This document shows positions 1-10,255 of a stretch of DNA of 32,000 nt, piece after piece. Below the pieces are notes generated by a model that was not told the DNA's origin, ran no database searches, and saw only the letters and a program-made list of their open reading frames with translations. The translations under genes were made by a program, and so were the position numbers. This DNA is from Erysipelothrix larvae. GTDB lineage: Bacteria > Bacillota_I > Bacilli_A > Erysipelotrichales > Erysipelotrichaceae. Location: contig NZ_CP013213.1 in assembly GCF_001545095.1 (NCBI RefSeq), forward strand, positions 150,001 to 182,000, written 5' to 3'. How positions within the stretch are numbered: the first letter of the stretch is position 1; every line of letters begins with the position of its first letter.

Positions 1-167
1 TTTCGCAAACAATATTACATGATTATTTTAATATGATTATGATTGTGGAGTACCAAGAAGGCACATTTGAGGGAGTGTATGAGAATCTCAAAAAAACAGG
101 TGAAGCACTCGGCGTTGAAATTCGAGTTCAACGTGAAGAAATCTTTGAAGCAATGCATCGAGTTTAG
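1..167 (+). CDS. ACT-domain protein of the UPF0237 type, 3' fragment (5' end outside the window)
   Basis: The open frame from the window edge reads ...[49 protein letters not shown] and stops at TAG 165-167, 10 nt before the next start. A small ACT protein directly upstream of a UPF0210 gene is the conserved pairing I recall. It is too short for the ORF track. Confidence 0.5.
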   Translation, partial: SQTILHDYFNMIMIVEYQEGTFEGVYENLKKTGEALGVEIRVQREEIFEAMHRV

Positions 168-177
168 GAGTTTTAGT

Positions 178-1536
178 ATGATTACAAATCTAGAAGTATT
201 AGAAACGATTCGGATGATTGAAGAAGAGAAGTTTGATGTTCGAACCATTACGATGGGGATTAGTTTATTGGATTGTGTCGATGAGAACATCGATAAACTA
301 AATCAAAAAATATACAATAAAATTGTGACAAAAGCGAAGGACTTAGTTCAAGTTGGTGAATCACTTGAAAAAGAATACGGTGTTGAGATTGTTAACAAGC
401 GTATCTCAGTAACGCCAATTGCTTTAGTGGCTGGCGCGTGTGATGTCGATGATTATGTATCGATTGCGCATACCCTAGATAAAGCAGCACGCGACACAGG
501 TGTTAATTTTATTGGAGGATTTAGTGCGCTTGTTCAAAAAGGAATGACGGACTCAGATCGTAAATTAATCCAATCAATCCCTCAGGCATTGGCCCAAACA
601 GAGCGCGTATGTTCATCTTTGAATGTTGGTTCTACCAAGACAGGAATTAACATGGATGCAGTCTTAATGGTTGGTGAAATGCTCGTTGAATGCGCAACTT
701 TAACACAAGATTCAGCACTGAATGGGTGTACGAAGTTTGTTGTTTTTACCAATGCAGTTGATGATAATCCATTTATGGCGGGTGCTTATCATGGCATTGG
801 TCAACCTGACTGTGTTGTAAGTGTTGGGGTAAGTGGCCCTGGGGTTGTAAAGCGTGCCTTAAAAGAAGTGCGACATGAACCGTTCCAAGTCTTATGTGAT
901 GCGATAAAGAACAGTGCATTTAAGATTACACGCATTGGACAGCTTATTGGAATTGAAGCTGCAAGACGCTTAGGTGTTGAGTTTGGAATTGTTGACTTAT
1001 CTTTAGCTCCAACGCCTGCAGTAGGAGACAGTATTGCTGAGATATTTAATGAAATGGGATTAGAATATGCTGGAGCACCAGGCACAACTGCTGCGCTGGC
1101 ATTATTAAATGACAGCATTAAAAAAGGGGGACTTATGGCATCCTCACATGTCGGTGGACTTAGTGGTGCCTTTATTCCAGTGAGTGAAGATCAAGGGATG
1201 ATTCAAGCGGTTAAAGATGGATTTTTGACACTTGAAAAACTGGAAGCGATGACCTGTGTGTGTTCTGTTGGTTTGGACATGGTTGCAGTTCCTGGATCAA
1301 CCTCTGCAAAAACGTTATCAGGGATTATTGCGGATGAGATGGCCATTGGTATGATTAATCAAAAAACAACAGCAGTTCGTATCATTCCTGTAATTGGAAA
1401 AGAAGTGGGCGATATTGTTGAGTTTGGTGGCCTTTTAGGAACCGCTCCGATTATGCCGGTGAATACAGCAGATTGTTCTCAGTTTGTAAATCGTGGTGGG
1501 TTTATCCCAGCTCCGTTACATAGTTTTAAAAATTAA
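178..1536 (+). CDS. UPF0210 / DUF711 (PFL-like) family protein
   Basis: ORF track gives 43..1536. I place the start at ATG 178 ([33 protein letters not shown]...), preceded by AGGAG at 166-170. The upstream extension overlaps the previous gene. The N-terminus and the 452-aa length match my memory of UPF0210. Confidence 0.85.
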   Translation: MITNLEVLETIRMIEEEKFDVRTITMGISLLDCVDENIDKLNQKIYNKIVTKAKDLVQVGESLEKEYGVEIVNKRISVTPIALVAGACDVDDYVSIAHTLDKAARDTGVNFIGGFSALVQKGMTDSDRKLIQSIPQALAQTERVCSSLNVGSTKTGINMDAVLMVGEMLVECATLTQDSALNGCTKFVVFTNAVDDNPFMAGAYHGIGQPDCVVSVGVSGPGVVKRALKEVRHEPFQVLCDAIKNSAFKITRIGQLIGIEAARRLGVEFGIVDLSLAPTPAVGDSIAEIFNEMGLEYAGAPGTTAALALLNDSIKKGGLMASSHVGGLSGAFIPVSEDQGMIQAVKDGFLTLEKLEAMTCVCSVGLDMVAVPGSTSAKTLSGIIADEMAIGMINQKTTAVRIIPVIGKEVGDIVEFGGLLGTAPIMPVNTADCSQFVNRGGFIPAPLHSFKN

Positions 1537-1547
1537 GAGAGAAAGGG

Positions 1548-1593
1548 TTGCGTTGTCCCCTAATTTGTGGTATTGTACTACTATAGTGATACA
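1548..1593 (+). promoter_or_regulatory. Candidate sigma-A promoter (TTGCGT-17-TATTGT) overlapping an imperfect palindrome, a likely YtrA/GntR operator
   Basis: TTGCGT lies at 1548-1553 and TATTGT at 1571-1576. TGTACTACTATAGTGATACA (1574-1593) matches its own reverse complement at 16 of 20 positions, which is a GT...AC type GntR operator architecture. It sits just upstream of the GGAGG RBS and ATG 1608. Confidence 0.45.
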
Positions 1594-1607
1594 AAGGAGG
1601 GACACTT

Positions 1608-1979
1608 ATGACGTTTAAGAGTAACTCAATTGCGATTTATCAGCAAATCATGGATATGTTTGTTTTGCGAATCGCTTCAGGGGCATTAAGTCCTGGCGAA
1701 CGCATCGATTCAATCCGAGATCTTGCAACGCAATTTAAAGTGAATCCAAACACTGTTCAAAAAGCACTTAATGAACTAGAACGGGATGGATTATTGGAAA
1801 CGGATCGAACTAAGGGGAAGTTTGTGACCGATGATATTGAGAAGATAGCGCAATTGAAACATAAGATTACGCTTGAAACAGTGGAAGAATTTGTAGCGAA
1901 AGTTAGAGCGTTGAAGCTAGATCAAGATGAAGTAATCGAGATTTATAATCGTGTCAGAGAGGGAAAGACAGATGGTTGA
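1608..1979 (+). CDS. GntR-family transcriptional regulator, YtrA subfamily (short effector domain)
   Basis: The 123-aa protein has an N-terminal winged HTH (IYQQI...GALSPGERIDSIRDLATQFKVNPNTVQKALNELERDGLLETDRTKGKFV). A short C-terminal helical tail and a downstream ABC ATPase plus permease are typical of YtrA-type operons. Confidence 0.85.
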   Translation: MTFKSNSIAIYQQIMDMFVLRIASGALSPGERIDSIRDLATQFKVNPNTVQKALNELERDGLLETDRTKGKFVTDDIEKIAQLKHKITLETVEEFVAKVRALKLDQDEVIEIYNRVREGKTDG

Positions 1980-2673
1980 GAATGTTATTCAAATAAAGGG
2001 AGTGTCAAAAGGATACGGCAAGGTGCAAGTCCTAAGCGATATCAATTTGACACTCTCTCGAGGAAAAATTGTTGGTTTATGCGGACCAAATGGTGCGGGT
2101 AAAACGACATTGATTAAGATTTTAGTAGGGTTATTAAGGGATTATTCAGGGAACATTTTGATTGCAGATCAAAAAATTGGTCCCCATTCAAAAGGTATTA
2201 TCTCTTACTTACCGGATGTGGATACGTTTGATAGTAAGATTACCGGAAAACGTGTGTTATCTTTATACACTGATATGTATAAAGACTTCGATGCACAACG
2301 GTTTATTGAACTTATGGAACGACTCCAATTAACGATGGATATGGAATTGCGTAAGATGTCTAAGGGAATGCGCGAGAAATTTCAACTCGCATTATGCCTA
2401 GCACGTCGATCAGAAGTCTATATTCTTGATGAACCAATTGCAGGGGTCGACCCAGCTGCGCGGGATTCAATTATTCAAACAGTTTTATCAAACTATAGCG
2501 AAGATTCACTTTTGATTATCTCAACGCACTTAATTCAAGACATTGAAAATGTGCTCGATGAAGTCATATTCTTAAAGGATGGTACAGTGTTTTTGCATGA
2601 AAACTGCGATGATTTACGCTTAGAAAAAGGCATGTCAGTAGATGCGCTATTCAGAGAGGTGTTCAAATGGTAA
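1972..2673 (+). CDS. ABC transporter ATP-binding protein (YtrB-like)
   Basis: Walker A is GPNGAGKTT, the signature-like motif is MSKGMREKF and Walker B is VYILDEP. The likely start ATG 1972 overlaps the regulator stop (ATGGTTGA), whereas the ORF track starts at 1951. Confidence 0.9.
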   Translation: MVENVIQIKGVSKGYGKVQVLSDINLTLSRGKIVGLCGPNGAGKTTLIKILVGLLRDYSGNILIADQKIGPHSKGIISYLPDVDTFDSKITGKRVLSLYTDMYKDFDAQRFIELMERLQLTMDMELRKMSKGMREKFQLALCLARRSEVYILDEPIAGVDPAARDSIIQTVLSNYSEDSLLIISTHLIQDIENVLDEVIFLKDGTVFLHENCDDLRLEKGMSVDALFREVFKW

Positions 2674-3515
2674 TCAAATTAATTAAAAATGGATTCATCG
2701 ATTCATGGCAAAGTTTTAGAAATGTTATTGTTGCGATACTCGTTGCATTCACACTTCTTACATTGATGTCATTTACCGGTGAAAGTACAGCTTCTGTATT
2801 CTTTGTATCCGCAGCAATGCTTGCAATGTTTGCACTGATTGTTGCAGCGTTTGTAATGTCAATCATGGCATTCATTCGATTATTATATAAATCACTCTAT
2901 CGTGAAGAATCTTATCGTGCGTTTACACAACCGGTTGCTTCATGGGAAATCTTTGTAAGCAAAATAGTTGTCGCAATTTTATGGACTATTCTAATCTCTG
3001 TTGTGGCAAGTGTTGCATCACTCATTTCGATGTCTATTATGTTTAGGGACCTCAGTGAAGTGTTTGCGGTCGTGAAGGATCTATTCAGTTATGTTCTGTC
3101 ATACATTGATTGGTCACTCTTCTTAGTGTGGGGTGTTGAGTCATTGGTATCTACGATCTTTACATGCTCATTATTCTTAATGGTAGGTGCGATTGTGAAT
3201 TCAAGTCGTTTCCAAAATAGACGTGTAATGTGGTTTGTTATTATTTACTTGTTAATTGTCTTTGCTTTTGGACAACTAATTGGAAATTTTGATACATCAA
3301 CGATTGTGGCACAACTCGATCCAGGTTTCTACCAAAATATTGAGAACACTGCAATTTCTGGTGTCGTTAACTGGGCGGATTTATTCACGATTGCGGTTAA
3401 CCAAGCAGGAGTTCAGACACTATTGTTATTAACATTCCTAAAAGCTCTGTTAGCAGGATTTATGGGATTCGCAACAGTTTGGCTTTGGGATCATAAGCTT
3501 GAAGTCATAGACTAA
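2667..3515 (+). CDS. Multi-pass membrane protein, putative permease partner of the preceding ABC ATPase
   Basis: The 282-aa protein has about 6 hydrophobic segments. Its ATG overlaps the ATPase stop (ATGGTAA), indicating translational coupling. I recognised no specific family motif. Confidence 0.6.
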   Translation: MVIKLIKNGFIDSWQSFRNVIVAILVAFTLLTLMSFTGESTASVFFVSAAMLAMFALIVAAFVMSIMAFIRLLYKSLYREESYRAFTQPVASWEIFVSKIVVAILWTILISVVASVASLISMSIMFRDLSEVFAVVKDLFSYVLSYIDWSLFLVWGVESLVSTIFTCSLFLMVGAIVNSSRFQNRRVMWFVIIYLLIVFAFGQLIGNFDTSTIVAQLDPGFYQNIENTAISGVVNWADLFTIAVNQAGVQTLLLLTFLKALLAGFMGFATVWLWDHKLEVID

Positions 3516-3520
3516 AAAGA

Positions 3521-3580
3521 AGGCACTGTAACGATATGAAGTATTGAAATGATACTTAAGCGTTACAGGCCTTTTCTTTA
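3521..3580. terminator. Long hairpin terminator between convergent genes (bidirectional)
   Basis: CTGTAACG (3526-3533) pairs with CGTTACAG (3561-3568), with an inner AAGTAT/ATACTT stem. The hairpin is flanked by an A-run on the left and CTTTTCTTT on the right. Confidence 0.7.
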
Positions 3581-3662
3581 GGTCGTTAATCGTGTTTTTT
3601 GTCTTAGTTGTTAACTTTTTGAGAGCTCAAAGCAGTATTATCAAATCACATGTTCAGTGAGT

Positions 3663-4808
3663 TTATCTGAAAAATTGGCTGATGATATTTGCACCACTCA
3701 CAAATGTGCCGATGGAAGCAAAGATTGAAGTAAGAATAAAGACTAAAGCAATACGAAGGATACGGTTACCATACCAACCTTTTAAAGATTTCGCATCCGT
3801 TGTCATCGTGTTAAATTCTGTTTCAAGTGGGGGTCTCATATAGGCTTCTGTGAGCCCTGCAAACATACCAACTGCAAGGACTGGTGATAAGATGCTCAAC
3901 CAGGTTGTACATGCCGTGACAAGAATGGTAAGTGGGTGTGCGCGTGAAATCAATGCACCAATTACCGCAAGACCAGAACTTATTCCAATCCATAGGAGGA
4001 GTTGTTGGAAGCCAACTTCAGGATTATCAAGCGTCAAAAGTACAAGCATTACTACAAAGAAGACGGGAAGGATCCATTGCATCCAATTGTTCTTCTTTTC
4101 TTCTGGAACATGATTGAGTTTTGTGAGATCGTGTGATTCATTGAGTGCTTTAATCACACCATCTGTATGAGCAGCTCCAAGTACAACCACTATATTTGTT
4201 CCCGATAGTTTCTTGATTTTTTCAGCCATAAAGTAATTGCGTTCATGTAAGATAACTTGACTTATTTCTGGGTATTTATCATCAAGTTCCTCAATTGATT
4301 TATATAATAAATCGCTGGATTTGAGATTCTCAATTTCCTGCGCGTCAATCTCGTCATCACTTGCAAATAAAGACATAATAAGAGCAGTTGCAACTTGAGT
4401 CTTTTTCCACAATCCCATTGAATTCCAAAGTCGTTTGAACGTTGTTTGAACATTACGGTCAATGTACTGAATGGAGGCATTGATTTCCTTACCGGATAAT
4501 ATGGCTTGTTTCATTTCACCACCAACTTCTGATCCTAAGTCATCAGCGATTTGTTTTTGATAGGATGACAGAATCAGATTTGTGATAAAAAGTCCAAATT
4601 TTTTGGATTTGATTACTTCACGAATATCCAAGGGTTTTGATGCCTTAGGGTTTGTAAGTCCTTGAGCTCGGCCATAATCAAGTTCAACACAGACAGTATC
4701 TGGTTGCAGGGTTTCAATGACATGTTTTACTTCGTCGACGCTATCTTTTGATACATGGGCAGTCGAGACAAAGGTTATGGTTTTATCGTTATAGTTCAGT
4801 GTGTTCAT
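3663..4808 (-). CDS. TraB/GumN (pheromone-shutdown TraB-like) family protein with C-terminal membrane domain
   Basis: I place the start at ATG 4808 (MNTLNYNDKTITFVSTAHVSKDSVDEVKHVIETLQPDTVCVELD...) with an AAGGA RBS. The STAHVS and VCVELD motifs and GAAHTDG are as I recall for the TraB family. The C-terminus has four hydrophobic segments. Confidence 0.8.
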   Translation of the reverse strand: MNTLNYNDKTITFVSTAHVSKDSVDEVKHVIETLQPDTVCVELDYGRAQGLTNPKASKPLDIREVIKSKKFGLFITNLILSSYQKQIADDLGSEVGGEMKQAILSGKEINASIQYIDRNVQTTFKRLWNSMGLWKKTQVATALIMSLFASDDEIDAQEIENLKSSDLLYKSIEELDDKYPEISQVILHERNYFMAEKIKKLSGTNIVVVLGAAHTDGVIKALNESHDLTKLNHVPEEKKNNWMQWILPVFFVVMLVLLTLDNPEVGFQQLLLWIGISSGLAVIGALISRAHPLTILVTACTTWLSILSPVLAVGMFAGLTEAYMRPPLETEFNTMTTDAKSLKGWYGNRILRIALVFILTSIFASIGTFVSGANIISQFFR

Positions 4809-4819
4809 ACATCCATCCT

Positions 4820-5644
4820 TTACATTATAAGTAGATAACACAACAACAAGTCGTCAAGGTTCTTAAGATTAATACCGGTGATCTCATAGAATCGATCAAT
4901 GCGATATAAAAGTGTATTCCGATGGAGAAATAAACTCTGAGCACTTGAGGAAATATTTCCTTTGTGGTCCCACAAGGTCTTAATGAGCAGTGACATATCT
5001 TGTGTCGTGATAATCTGTTTGAGTTCTTTGGATACTGGATAATCATCCAGTACGGGTTTAATCAGCGCAGGCAGGTAGATTTTTAAGAAATTACTGATTG
5101 GACTATGCGCTTGGTATTTTAAAAATAATGCTTGTTCTGCTTTAAAGAGTTCAACAAAGTGTTGATCCAACTGATGTGAAAAACCGATATAAAAGGAAGC
5201 TTTGGTTTCAAAGTCTTCGTCCAAGGGTCCCATCATTGCTTCGAATTGATCAAGGTCCAGCGTTAAGGTTCCTTTATAGACAAGCAGACCATATGTTGGT
5301 GTCACAAAGAAGGCATCTTCAATGCTTCCAAAGTATTCAGATAGCACATCAAGCCATAATTGCGTATCATTGATTGCATCAACGTTGAATTGAATAATTG
5401 AGTAAGTTTGTGACGATTCATTCAGTGTATTGTTCCCTAAGATCAAAAAGTCGAACCACTGAGATGTCTGGTTAATTTGATGATACAGAGAATTTAAGAG
5501 TTTGATTTCTCGTGAAGATAATGATGCTTTTGGAAGTGTAATCCATTTTCCTTCGCTAAAGTACGATAAATCATCGTCACGCTCTGAGGGATTGTCGAGA
5601 AGTTTGGCTTCAGGAAATATTTCTTTGAGTTGCGTAAATTTCAT
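4820..5644 (-). CDS. PucR/CdaR-like helix-turn-helix transcriptional regulator
   Basis: The C-terminal HTH ...SAQSLFLHRNTLLYRIDRFYEITGINLKNLDD is typical of the PucR C-terminal domain. The stop lies 11 nt upstream of the TraB-like start, so the two are probably co-transcribed. Confidence 0.65.
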   Translation of the reverse strand: MKFTQLKEIFPEAKLLDNPSERDDDLSYFSEGKWITLPKASLSSREIKLLNSLYHQINQTSQWFDFLILGNNTLNESSQTYSIIQFNVDAINDTQLWLDVLSEYFGSIEDAFFVTPTYGLLVYKGTLTLDLDQFEAMMGPLDEDFETKASFYIGFSHQLDQHFVELFKAEQALFLKYQAHSPISNFLKIYLPALIKPVLDDYPVSKELKQIITTQDMSLLIKTLWDHKGNISSSAQSLFLHRNTLLYRIDRFYEITGINLKNLDDLLLCYLLIM

Positions 5645-5748
5645 TGCGTTACTCCTTATACAAATTCTTTGTGCACTATTACTATATCATATTTTATGGT
5701 CACAAATTATAATGAAACGGTAAAGAAAGAAAATAGTAGGTGATTAAT

Positions 5749-6852
5749 ATGGCGAATATAACACTAAAAAATGTACATAAAAAATATGACGGAAATCCAC
5801 GTTACTCAGTAACTGATTTTAACCTCGAAATTCACGATTCAGAGTTTGTTGTTTTTGTAGGACCATCAGGTTGTGGTAAATCAACAACACTCCGTATGAT
5901 TGCTGGACTTGAAGACATTACATCTGGAGAAATTTCCATTGGCGATCGCGTTGTAAATGACGTTGAACCTAAAGATCGTGATATTGCGATGGTTTTCCAA
6001 AACTACGCGCTTTATCCACATATGACGGTTTATGATAATATGGCATTTGGTTTGAAACTACGTAAAGTACCAAAACCTGAAATTGATCGTTTAGTAAATG
6101 ATGCAGCGGATATCCTCGGATTGAAAACATACCTAAAACGTAAACCTTCAGCATTATCTGGTGGGGAGCGTCAACGTGTTGCGTTAGGACGTGCGATTGT
6201 TCGTAATGCACAAGTATTCCTCATGGATGAGCCATTGTCAAACCTTGATGCGAAACTCCGTGTTGCAATGCGTGCCGAAATTGCGAAACTGCACCAACGT
6301 CTTGGAACAACAACAATCTATGTTACCCATGACCAAACTGAAGCGATGACAATGGCAGATCGTATTGTTATTATGAAAGATGGATTCATTCAACAAATCG
6401 GTTCTCCAAAAGAAGTGTACAACAATCCTGAGAATGTATTTGTTGCAGGATTCATAGGGTCACCTGCGATGAACTTCTTCAAAGTGACATATAAAGATGG
6501 AAAAATCTTCGATAATGATGGATTTGCACTTAACGTACCTGAAGGTAAAGCTAAATTGCTTAACGATAAAGGATACAATGGCAAAGAAGTAGTCTTTGGA
6601 ATTCGTCCAGAAGATATTCATGCAGATCTCTTAGTATTATCAGCTCAACCAGAATCTGTCTTAAAATCAAAAGTTGTTGTGTCTGAATTGTTGGGTGCTG
6701 AAGTAATGCTTTATGCACAAATTGGAAGTCATGAGTTTATTTCTAAGGTTGGTGTACAAGATGTATATACACCAGGAACGGATGTTGAATTGAGCTTTAA
6801 TGTTAATAAAGCACATTTCTTTGATATTGAAACAGAAAATGTAATTCGATAA
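5749..6852 (+). CDS. msmK: Sugar ABC importer ATP-binding protein (MalK/MsmK/MsmX/UgpC type), encoded without cognate permeases
   Basis: Start at ATG 5749 ([13 protein letters not shown]) after TAGGTGA. Walker A is GPSGCGKST, the signature is [14 protein letters not shown] and Walker B is [14 protein letters not shown]-terminal TOBE/MalK-like regulatory domain is present. Confidence 0.9.
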   Translation: MANITLKNVHKKYDGNPRYSVTDFNLEIHDSEFVVFVGPSGCGKSTTLRMIAGLEDITSGEISIGDRVVNDVEPKDRDIAMVFQNYALYPHMTVYDNMAFGLKLRKVPKPEIDRLVNDAADILGLKTYLKRKPSALSGGERQRVALGRAIVRNAQVFLMDEPLSNLDAKLRVAMRAEIAKLHQRLGTTTIYVTHDQTEAMTMADRIVIMKDGFIQQIGSPKEVYNNPENVFVAGFIGSPAMNFFKVTYKDGKIFDNDGFALNVPEGKAKLLNDKGYNGKEVVFGIRPEDIHADLLVLSAQPESVLKSKVVVSELLGAEVMLYAQIGSHEFISKVGVQDVYTPGTDVELSFNVNKAHFFDIETENVIR

Positions 6853-6870
6853 AGAAGATTCTCCTTCAAG

Positions 6871-6896
6871 AAAAAGAGCGGTTGCTCTTTTTTTTA
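6871..6896 (+). terminator. Rho-independent terminator
   Basis: AAAAAGAGC-GGTT-GCTCTTTTTTTT lies immediately after the stop at 6852. Confidence 0.85.
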
Positions 6897-6983
6897 CCAC
6901 TTACCACTAAATTTTTACTCCTTGCCATGAAAATATGAATAAATTTTATAGAATGTGTATAATGAAAACACGAGGTGAATTCT

Positions 6984-8585
6984 ATGAAAAAACTATTGTT
7001 TAAAAATAAATTTGAGTTTGCGAAGTATATCACGGGTGCAGTCATTGCAATGTTTGCAAACTTAGCAGTGACACTCGCATTGGCACAAGGATTCAACATG
7101 CTCACTGCAACAACACCACAGGAAATGATTTGGGTAGCACTCACAACATTAGGACTGTTCTTATTTGTCCCACTTTCGTTTTTGATATCCCGTTGGTTAC
7201 GGATTGGGTTTATGAGAGATATATTGGTGGATGTGCGCACTGCATCATTTGAACGTATCATGAACTTAGATATCCAAGCATATCGAAGTCAACCAAAAGA
7301 ACAGTACTTATCAAATATGGTATCAGACTTGAACCTCTTTGAAAAAGATTACTTTTTGTCTCTGATAAATATTATCAGTTCGGGTGGAACTTTCGTGATT
7401 GGTGCTGTGATATTATGGGTTGCTGTTAATCCTTTGATGTCAATTTCAACAATTCTAGTGGCGATGGTACTATATGGCATATCGAGACTCTTTGAAAAAC
7501 CGGTAAGAGCTGCACAAGAAAATAATCAACATGCGAACGTTGATTATAACCTAGAGTTATCCAACGTATTGAATGGACTTGAAGTCATGAAATTATACCA
7601 TGTGGAAGATACATTTAAGATGATCGCGAAGTCAATCATTGAAACCGTTGAGTCACTTAAAAATCGCTATCAACGTTTGAATGGATTTCAAAATGGATTG
7701 ACCGAAGGGATCGGTTCATCGTATCAAATCGTCATGCTTGTGTATGCGGCATACTTGTGGACAATTGGTGATATAAACATGGGATCAATGGTATTGGTTT
7801 TCAACTTATCGGGGCAAATGGTATGGGGGTTTATTAACATGACCTCATTTATCAACCGGTATAAAGCAGCAATCGATGTATACAATCGTATTACTAAAAA
7901 AACAAGTGAAGCGGTTGTTGAAGGTGAAAGCATTGACGCGTTTAACGGGCTGGTAGTGGAAAACTTAAGGTATGCTTATGGTGATCATGAAGTGTTTAAT
8001 CATCTAGAGTTTACCATTGAGCCACAATCCAAAGTGTTGATATATGGTCCTTCTGGGATTGGGAAAACAACGTTGTTGAATTGTCTCACACAAACGCTCA
8101 CTGACTATCAGGGATCAATACATGTGAATCAAAATGAGCTTCAGTCAGTAAATCATTGTGATTATTTGAAAGTCAGTGGGTATGTAAGACAACAACACTT
8201 TATGTTTGAAGATTCTATCAAAAATAACATTGTATTAAATCAACCGTATGATGAAAAACGCCTTGAGAAAGTACTCAAAGATGTAGATCTTTGGCGTTGG
8301 ATTGAGACATTGGATGAAGGCGTTGACCATGTATTAATTCAAAATGGGAACAATGTATCGGGTGGTCAAAAACAAAGGCTATCAATTGCACGAGAACTCT
8401 ACCGTGAGTGCGACATTCTGTTTATCGATGAACCATCTGCAAGTCTAGATGATGAAACATCCCGCCATATCTATGAAACGATTGCGAAGCTTGATCGAAG
8501 TGTTGTCTGTGTATCACACCGACACCTGGATTACTTGAAAACACAATTTGAAACAATTATTGACTTGAAAGGAAGTGCAGTATGA
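6984..8585 (+). CDS. ABC exporter half-transporter (fused TMD-NBD), subunit 1 of a heterodimer
   Basis: Start at ATG 6984 after GAGGTGA. An N-terminal 6-TM region is followed by Walker A GPSGIGKTT, signature VSGGQKQRLSIAR and Walker B ILFIDEPSASLD. The stop overlaps the next start (ATGA at 8582). Confidence 0.85.
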   Translation: MKKLLFKNKFEFAKYITGAVIAMFANLAVTLALAQGFNMLTATTPQEMIWVALTTLGLFLFVPLSFLISRWLRIGFMRDILVDVRTASFERIMNLDIQAYRSQPKEQYLSNMVSDLNLFEKDYFLSLINIISSGGTFVIGAVILWVAVNPLMSISTILVAMVLYGISRLFEKPVRAAQENNQHANVDYNLELSNVLNGLEVMKLYHVEDTFKMIAKSIIETVESLKNRYQRLNGFQNGLTEGIGSSYQIVMLVYAAYLWTIGDINMGSMVLVFNLSGQMVWGFINMTSFINRYKAAIDVYNRITKKTSEAVVEGESIDAFNGLVVENLRYAYGDHEVFNHLEFTIEPQSKVLIYGPSGIGKTTLLNCLTQTLTDYQGSIHVNQNELQSVNHCDYLKVSGYVRQQHFMFEDSIKNNIVLNQPYDEKRLEKVLKDVDLWRWIETLDEGVDHVLIQNGNNVSGGQKQRLSIARELYRECDILFIDEPSASLDDETSRHIYETIAKLDRSVVCVSHRHLDYLKTQFETIIDLKGSAV

Positions 8586-10213
8586 AAAGCGTACGATTTG
8601 GTGATAAAAAACAACTGACGTATTTAGTTTTAGCCCTTACTATAGGTGCATTAATCCAAGGATGGGTGACCTTTCTTTTAGGTGATATCGTTGATTATGG
8701 GTATGCAGGAAACTTGGATGGTATGCTATCACTCATCCCTCAGTTTTTAATTGTTGTAGTTTTAAATTTTGGAAACAGTATGGTCCAATTAAGTGTAAAA
8801 ACAAATTATATTAAGCAAAGCATGATGCTACTTAAGAATACGTATATTGATAAATTGATGCAAAAGGATATTACACAACTCCAAAAAGAGTTTACTCCAA
8901 TTTATCGCTCACAATTAACACAAGATATGGATCGTTACGAAGGTAAGTTCTTTGATCAAATATCGATGTTGGTATTATTGATGAGTAATGCCCTTGTATC
9001 TTTATACATTCTATTTACCGTGAATGTATGGGTTGGTGTTGGTTCAACCGCACTGATGCTGGTCTTTGGTGCAATCTCAGCGCGTAGTGGAAAACCACTT
9101 CAAAAGAGTGAAACAAAGAAAACAGAATCCTTGAACAATTATACATCGTTTGTGGAAGAGAGTTTGGAAGGGTTTGAAGTTATTAAGCAACACCAATTGG
9201 AAACGTCCCGTAAAAAGATGTTCTTTGATTATGCTTCTAAAGTTCAAGAAGATAATTATAATCTTGATGTAAAATCAACGTATATTGATGCATTAAATCA
9301 AACACTTCAAATGATTGTATTTTTTATCGCAATTTGTGGTGGATTATGGTTTGCGAATCAAGCAGGTGCAACGATTGGTGCGGTCATTATGGTGATTATG
9401 GCGTTCTCAAATATTGTGTGGCCGATGCAACAAATCGTCCCAACCCTTACGCAAATGATGTCGATTCAAGATGTAATTCGTACCTTTGATGAGCGTTTAA
9501 AAAATGAAGTTGTAAATCGTCCTGAGACTGTAGAATCGTATGAATCCTTTGACTTCATCGACACTGATTTGGGGTATGATACACCAATCTTACACGATGT
9601 TAATATAGAACTTGGACACGATGATAAAGTCCTAATTGTGGGTCCTTCAGGAGCAGGTAAGAGTACGATTTTGAAAACAATGCGTCAATCCATCAAGCCA
9701 TTGATTGGAGAAGTATTGATGAATGATATGGGCATCTACGAGATTGATGCCATGAGTTATTATAAGAACTTTGCAACGGTTGACCAAGTAGGGTATATAT
9801 TTAATGGAACGTTGAAAGAAAATGTTACACTACATCAAGCCATATCGGATGATAAAATTCATGAAGCACTCAAACAAGTACGCTTAGATGATTTAGACCT
9901 AAATATGGAACTCATTAATAATGGCGCAAATTTAAGTGGTGGGCAGCGCGCCCGATTGTTGAGTGCACGTGCATTGTGTTTGGACTGTTCCATCATTGTC
10001 TGCGATGAAATATTTGCAGCCTTAGATGGGTATGTTGCTCAAGAAATTGAACATGATCTTCTTAAACTGGATCAAGCAATTGTAAATGTCAGTCATATAT
10101 ACTTTGAAGAAAACCTTGACTTGTATGATGCCATCTACCGTGTAGACAATGGACAGGTTAAACGGGTTACAGACACACAAACCCTTGTTGATAGTATGCT
10201 TAAAGCAGCTTAA
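8582..10213 (+). CDS. ABC exporter half-transporter (fused TMD-NBD), subunit 2
   Basis: A TMD is followed by Walker A GPSGAGKST, signature LSGGQRARLLSARA and Walker B IIVCDEIFAALD. It is translationally coupled to the preceding gene. Confidence 0.85.
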   Translation: MKSVRFGDKKQLTYLVLALTIGALIQGWVTFLLGDIVDYGYAGNLDGMLSLIPQFLIVVVLNFGNSMVQLSVKTNYIKQSMMLLKNTYIDKLMQKDITQLQKEFTPIYRSQLTQDMDRYEGKFFDQISMLVLLMSNALVSLYILFTVNVWVGVGSTALMLVFGAISARSGKPLQKSETKKTESLNNYTSFVEESLEGFEVIKQHQLETSRKKMFFDYASKVQEDNYNLDVKSTYIDALNQTLQMIVFFIAICGGLWFANQAGATIGAVIMVIMAFSNIVWPMQQIVPTLTQMMSIQDVIRTFDERLKNEVVNRPETVESYESFDFIDTDLGYDTPILHDVNIELGHDDKVLIVGPSGAGKSTILKTMRQSIKPLIGEVLMNDMGIYEIDAMSYYKNFATVDQVGYIFNGTLKENVTLHQAISDDKIHEALKQVRLDDLDLNMELINNGANLSGGQRARLLSARALCLDCSIIVCDEIFAALDGYVAQEIEHDLLKLDQAIVNVSHIYFEENLDLYDAIYRVDNGQVKRVTDTQTLVDSMLKAA

Positions 10214-10255
10214 AATGTGGTAAAATAGTGGTGAAGTTACTTGGAGGACATCAAC

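Noticed and set aside
43-177. N-terminal extensions offered by the ORF track for several genes: 43 vs 178, 1951 vs 1972, 4841 vs 4808, 5740 vs 5749, 6975 vs 6984, 10241 vs 10256, 11018 vs 11054, 15774 vs 15759, 19267 vs 19258, 19527 vs 19581, 21303 vs 21312, 28025 vs 27989 and 29888 vs 29948.
   Set aside because: In each case a downstream ATG sits 5-9 nt after a GGAGG-like SD and begins the conserved or signal-like N-terminus. The longer version overlaps upstream genes or lacks an SD.
6984-10213. Whether one nucleotide-binding site of the heterodimeric ABC exporter is degenerate, as in many heterodimeric exporters.
   Set aside because: Both subunits retain Walker A, the LSGGQ-type signature, the Walker B D-E pair and an H-loop histidine by eye, so there is no evidence of asymmetry.
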